A DNA stretch of 63,711 bases, counting the filler, from Octopus bimaculoides (lineage: Eukaryota): NCBI RefSeq assembly GCF_001194135.2. It is 5 parts of 5 records of this genome, joined end to end, with 100 filler letters (N's around TTAATTAATTAA, not from the genome) between each part and the next. Parts side by side here need not be neighbours in the genome. Positions count along the whole stretch, not along the records: positions 61,656 to 63,711 come from NW_026409263.1; 4 more parts are not named here. One strand, 5' to 3'. How positions within the stretch are numbered: the stretch's first letter is position 1; every line of letters begins with the position of its first letter. The translations under genes and the position numbers were made by a program. The notes under the pieces are model-generated. The model was not told where the DNA came from and did no database searches. It worked only from the letters and a program-made list of their open reading frames with translations. Positions 63,270 through 63,711 of the stretch are shown one piece after another.

Positions 63270-63711
63270 ACTTTTAAAGCCTAGCCTGGCTCATGGGCCC
63301 GGTTTCCCGGTTTCTATGGCGTATGTGTTCCCCAGCTGGACGGGATGCGAGTCCATCGCAGCGTTACTCACTTTTACCAGCTGAGTGGACTGGAGCAATG
63401 TGAAATGAGGTATTTTGCTCAAGAACACAACGCGTCGCCCGGTCCAGGAATCGAAACCACAATCTTATGATCATGATGCTGATACCCTAACCACTAAGCC
63501 ACGCGCCTCCACTGCGCCCTTTTAAAGCCTAGCCAAGCTCATGGGCCCGGTTTCTATGGTGTATGCGTTTCCCCAGCCACGCGCCTCCACTAAATAAATA
63601 TATGCGCTCTTCTAAAACCTAGCCAGGCTCATGGGCCCAGTTTCCCGGTTTCTATGGCATATATTTTCCCCAGCTGGACGGGACGCGAATCCATCGCAGC
63701 GTTACTCATTT
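63270..63711 (-). mobile_element. SINE family B: one full copy and two partial tandem copies
   Basis: Minus-strand head GTGGAGGCGCGTGGCTTAGTGG (A box) and GGTTTCGATTCC (B box); the AAGCCTAGCC.GGCTCATGGGCCC end recurs at about 63278, 63525 and 63616. Confidence 0.85.

Noticed and set aside
63440-63512. tRNA genes at the SINE heads (also 25075, 30045, 55354)
   Set aside because: A and B boxes are present, but they continue into SINE bodies and no complete cloverleaf forms.

Overview
This is gappy, microsatellite-rich animal draft sequence, most likely from a coleoid cephalopod such as Octopus. That assignment is inferred from the protocadherin style and the SINE/LINE content, not from a database search. 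Four 100-bp gaps carry a synthetic TTAATTAATTAA linker (11844-11943, 21073-21172, 48922-49021, 61556-61655), so the window is five joined pieces and adjacency across those joins is unreliable. There are two sets of host genes. (1) A protocadherin appears as two opposite-strand pieces: 21173-22036 minus (signal peptide, EC1, EC2, start of EC3) and 33218-34451 plus (end of EC2 to start of EC6). The pieces overlap by about 295 bp at 100% identity, and EC3 has lost all its acidic Ca2+ ligands for the EC3-EC4 linker. (2) A plus-strand gene is built from symmetric phase-1 EGF exons (49426-61423) that the ORF track mostly misses. Three of these exons have lost exactly Cys2 and Cys4, two are Tyr/Arg/Lys-rich, one has an odd seventh Cys, one is a fresh 347-bp tandem duplicate, and a stop-containing exon lies inside the array. 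The rest is mobile DNA: Penelope-like elements with inverted or tandem structure and hammerhead-like terminal motifs, R4/Dong fragments in (AAT)n tracts, RTE LINE fragments, tRNA-derived SINEs, two Merlin transposase relics, a Tc1/mariner end, MITE/foldback elements and minisatellites. A duplicated CCAAT-octamer-TATA module lies at 32187-32650. Repeat boundaries are approximate and were read by eye.
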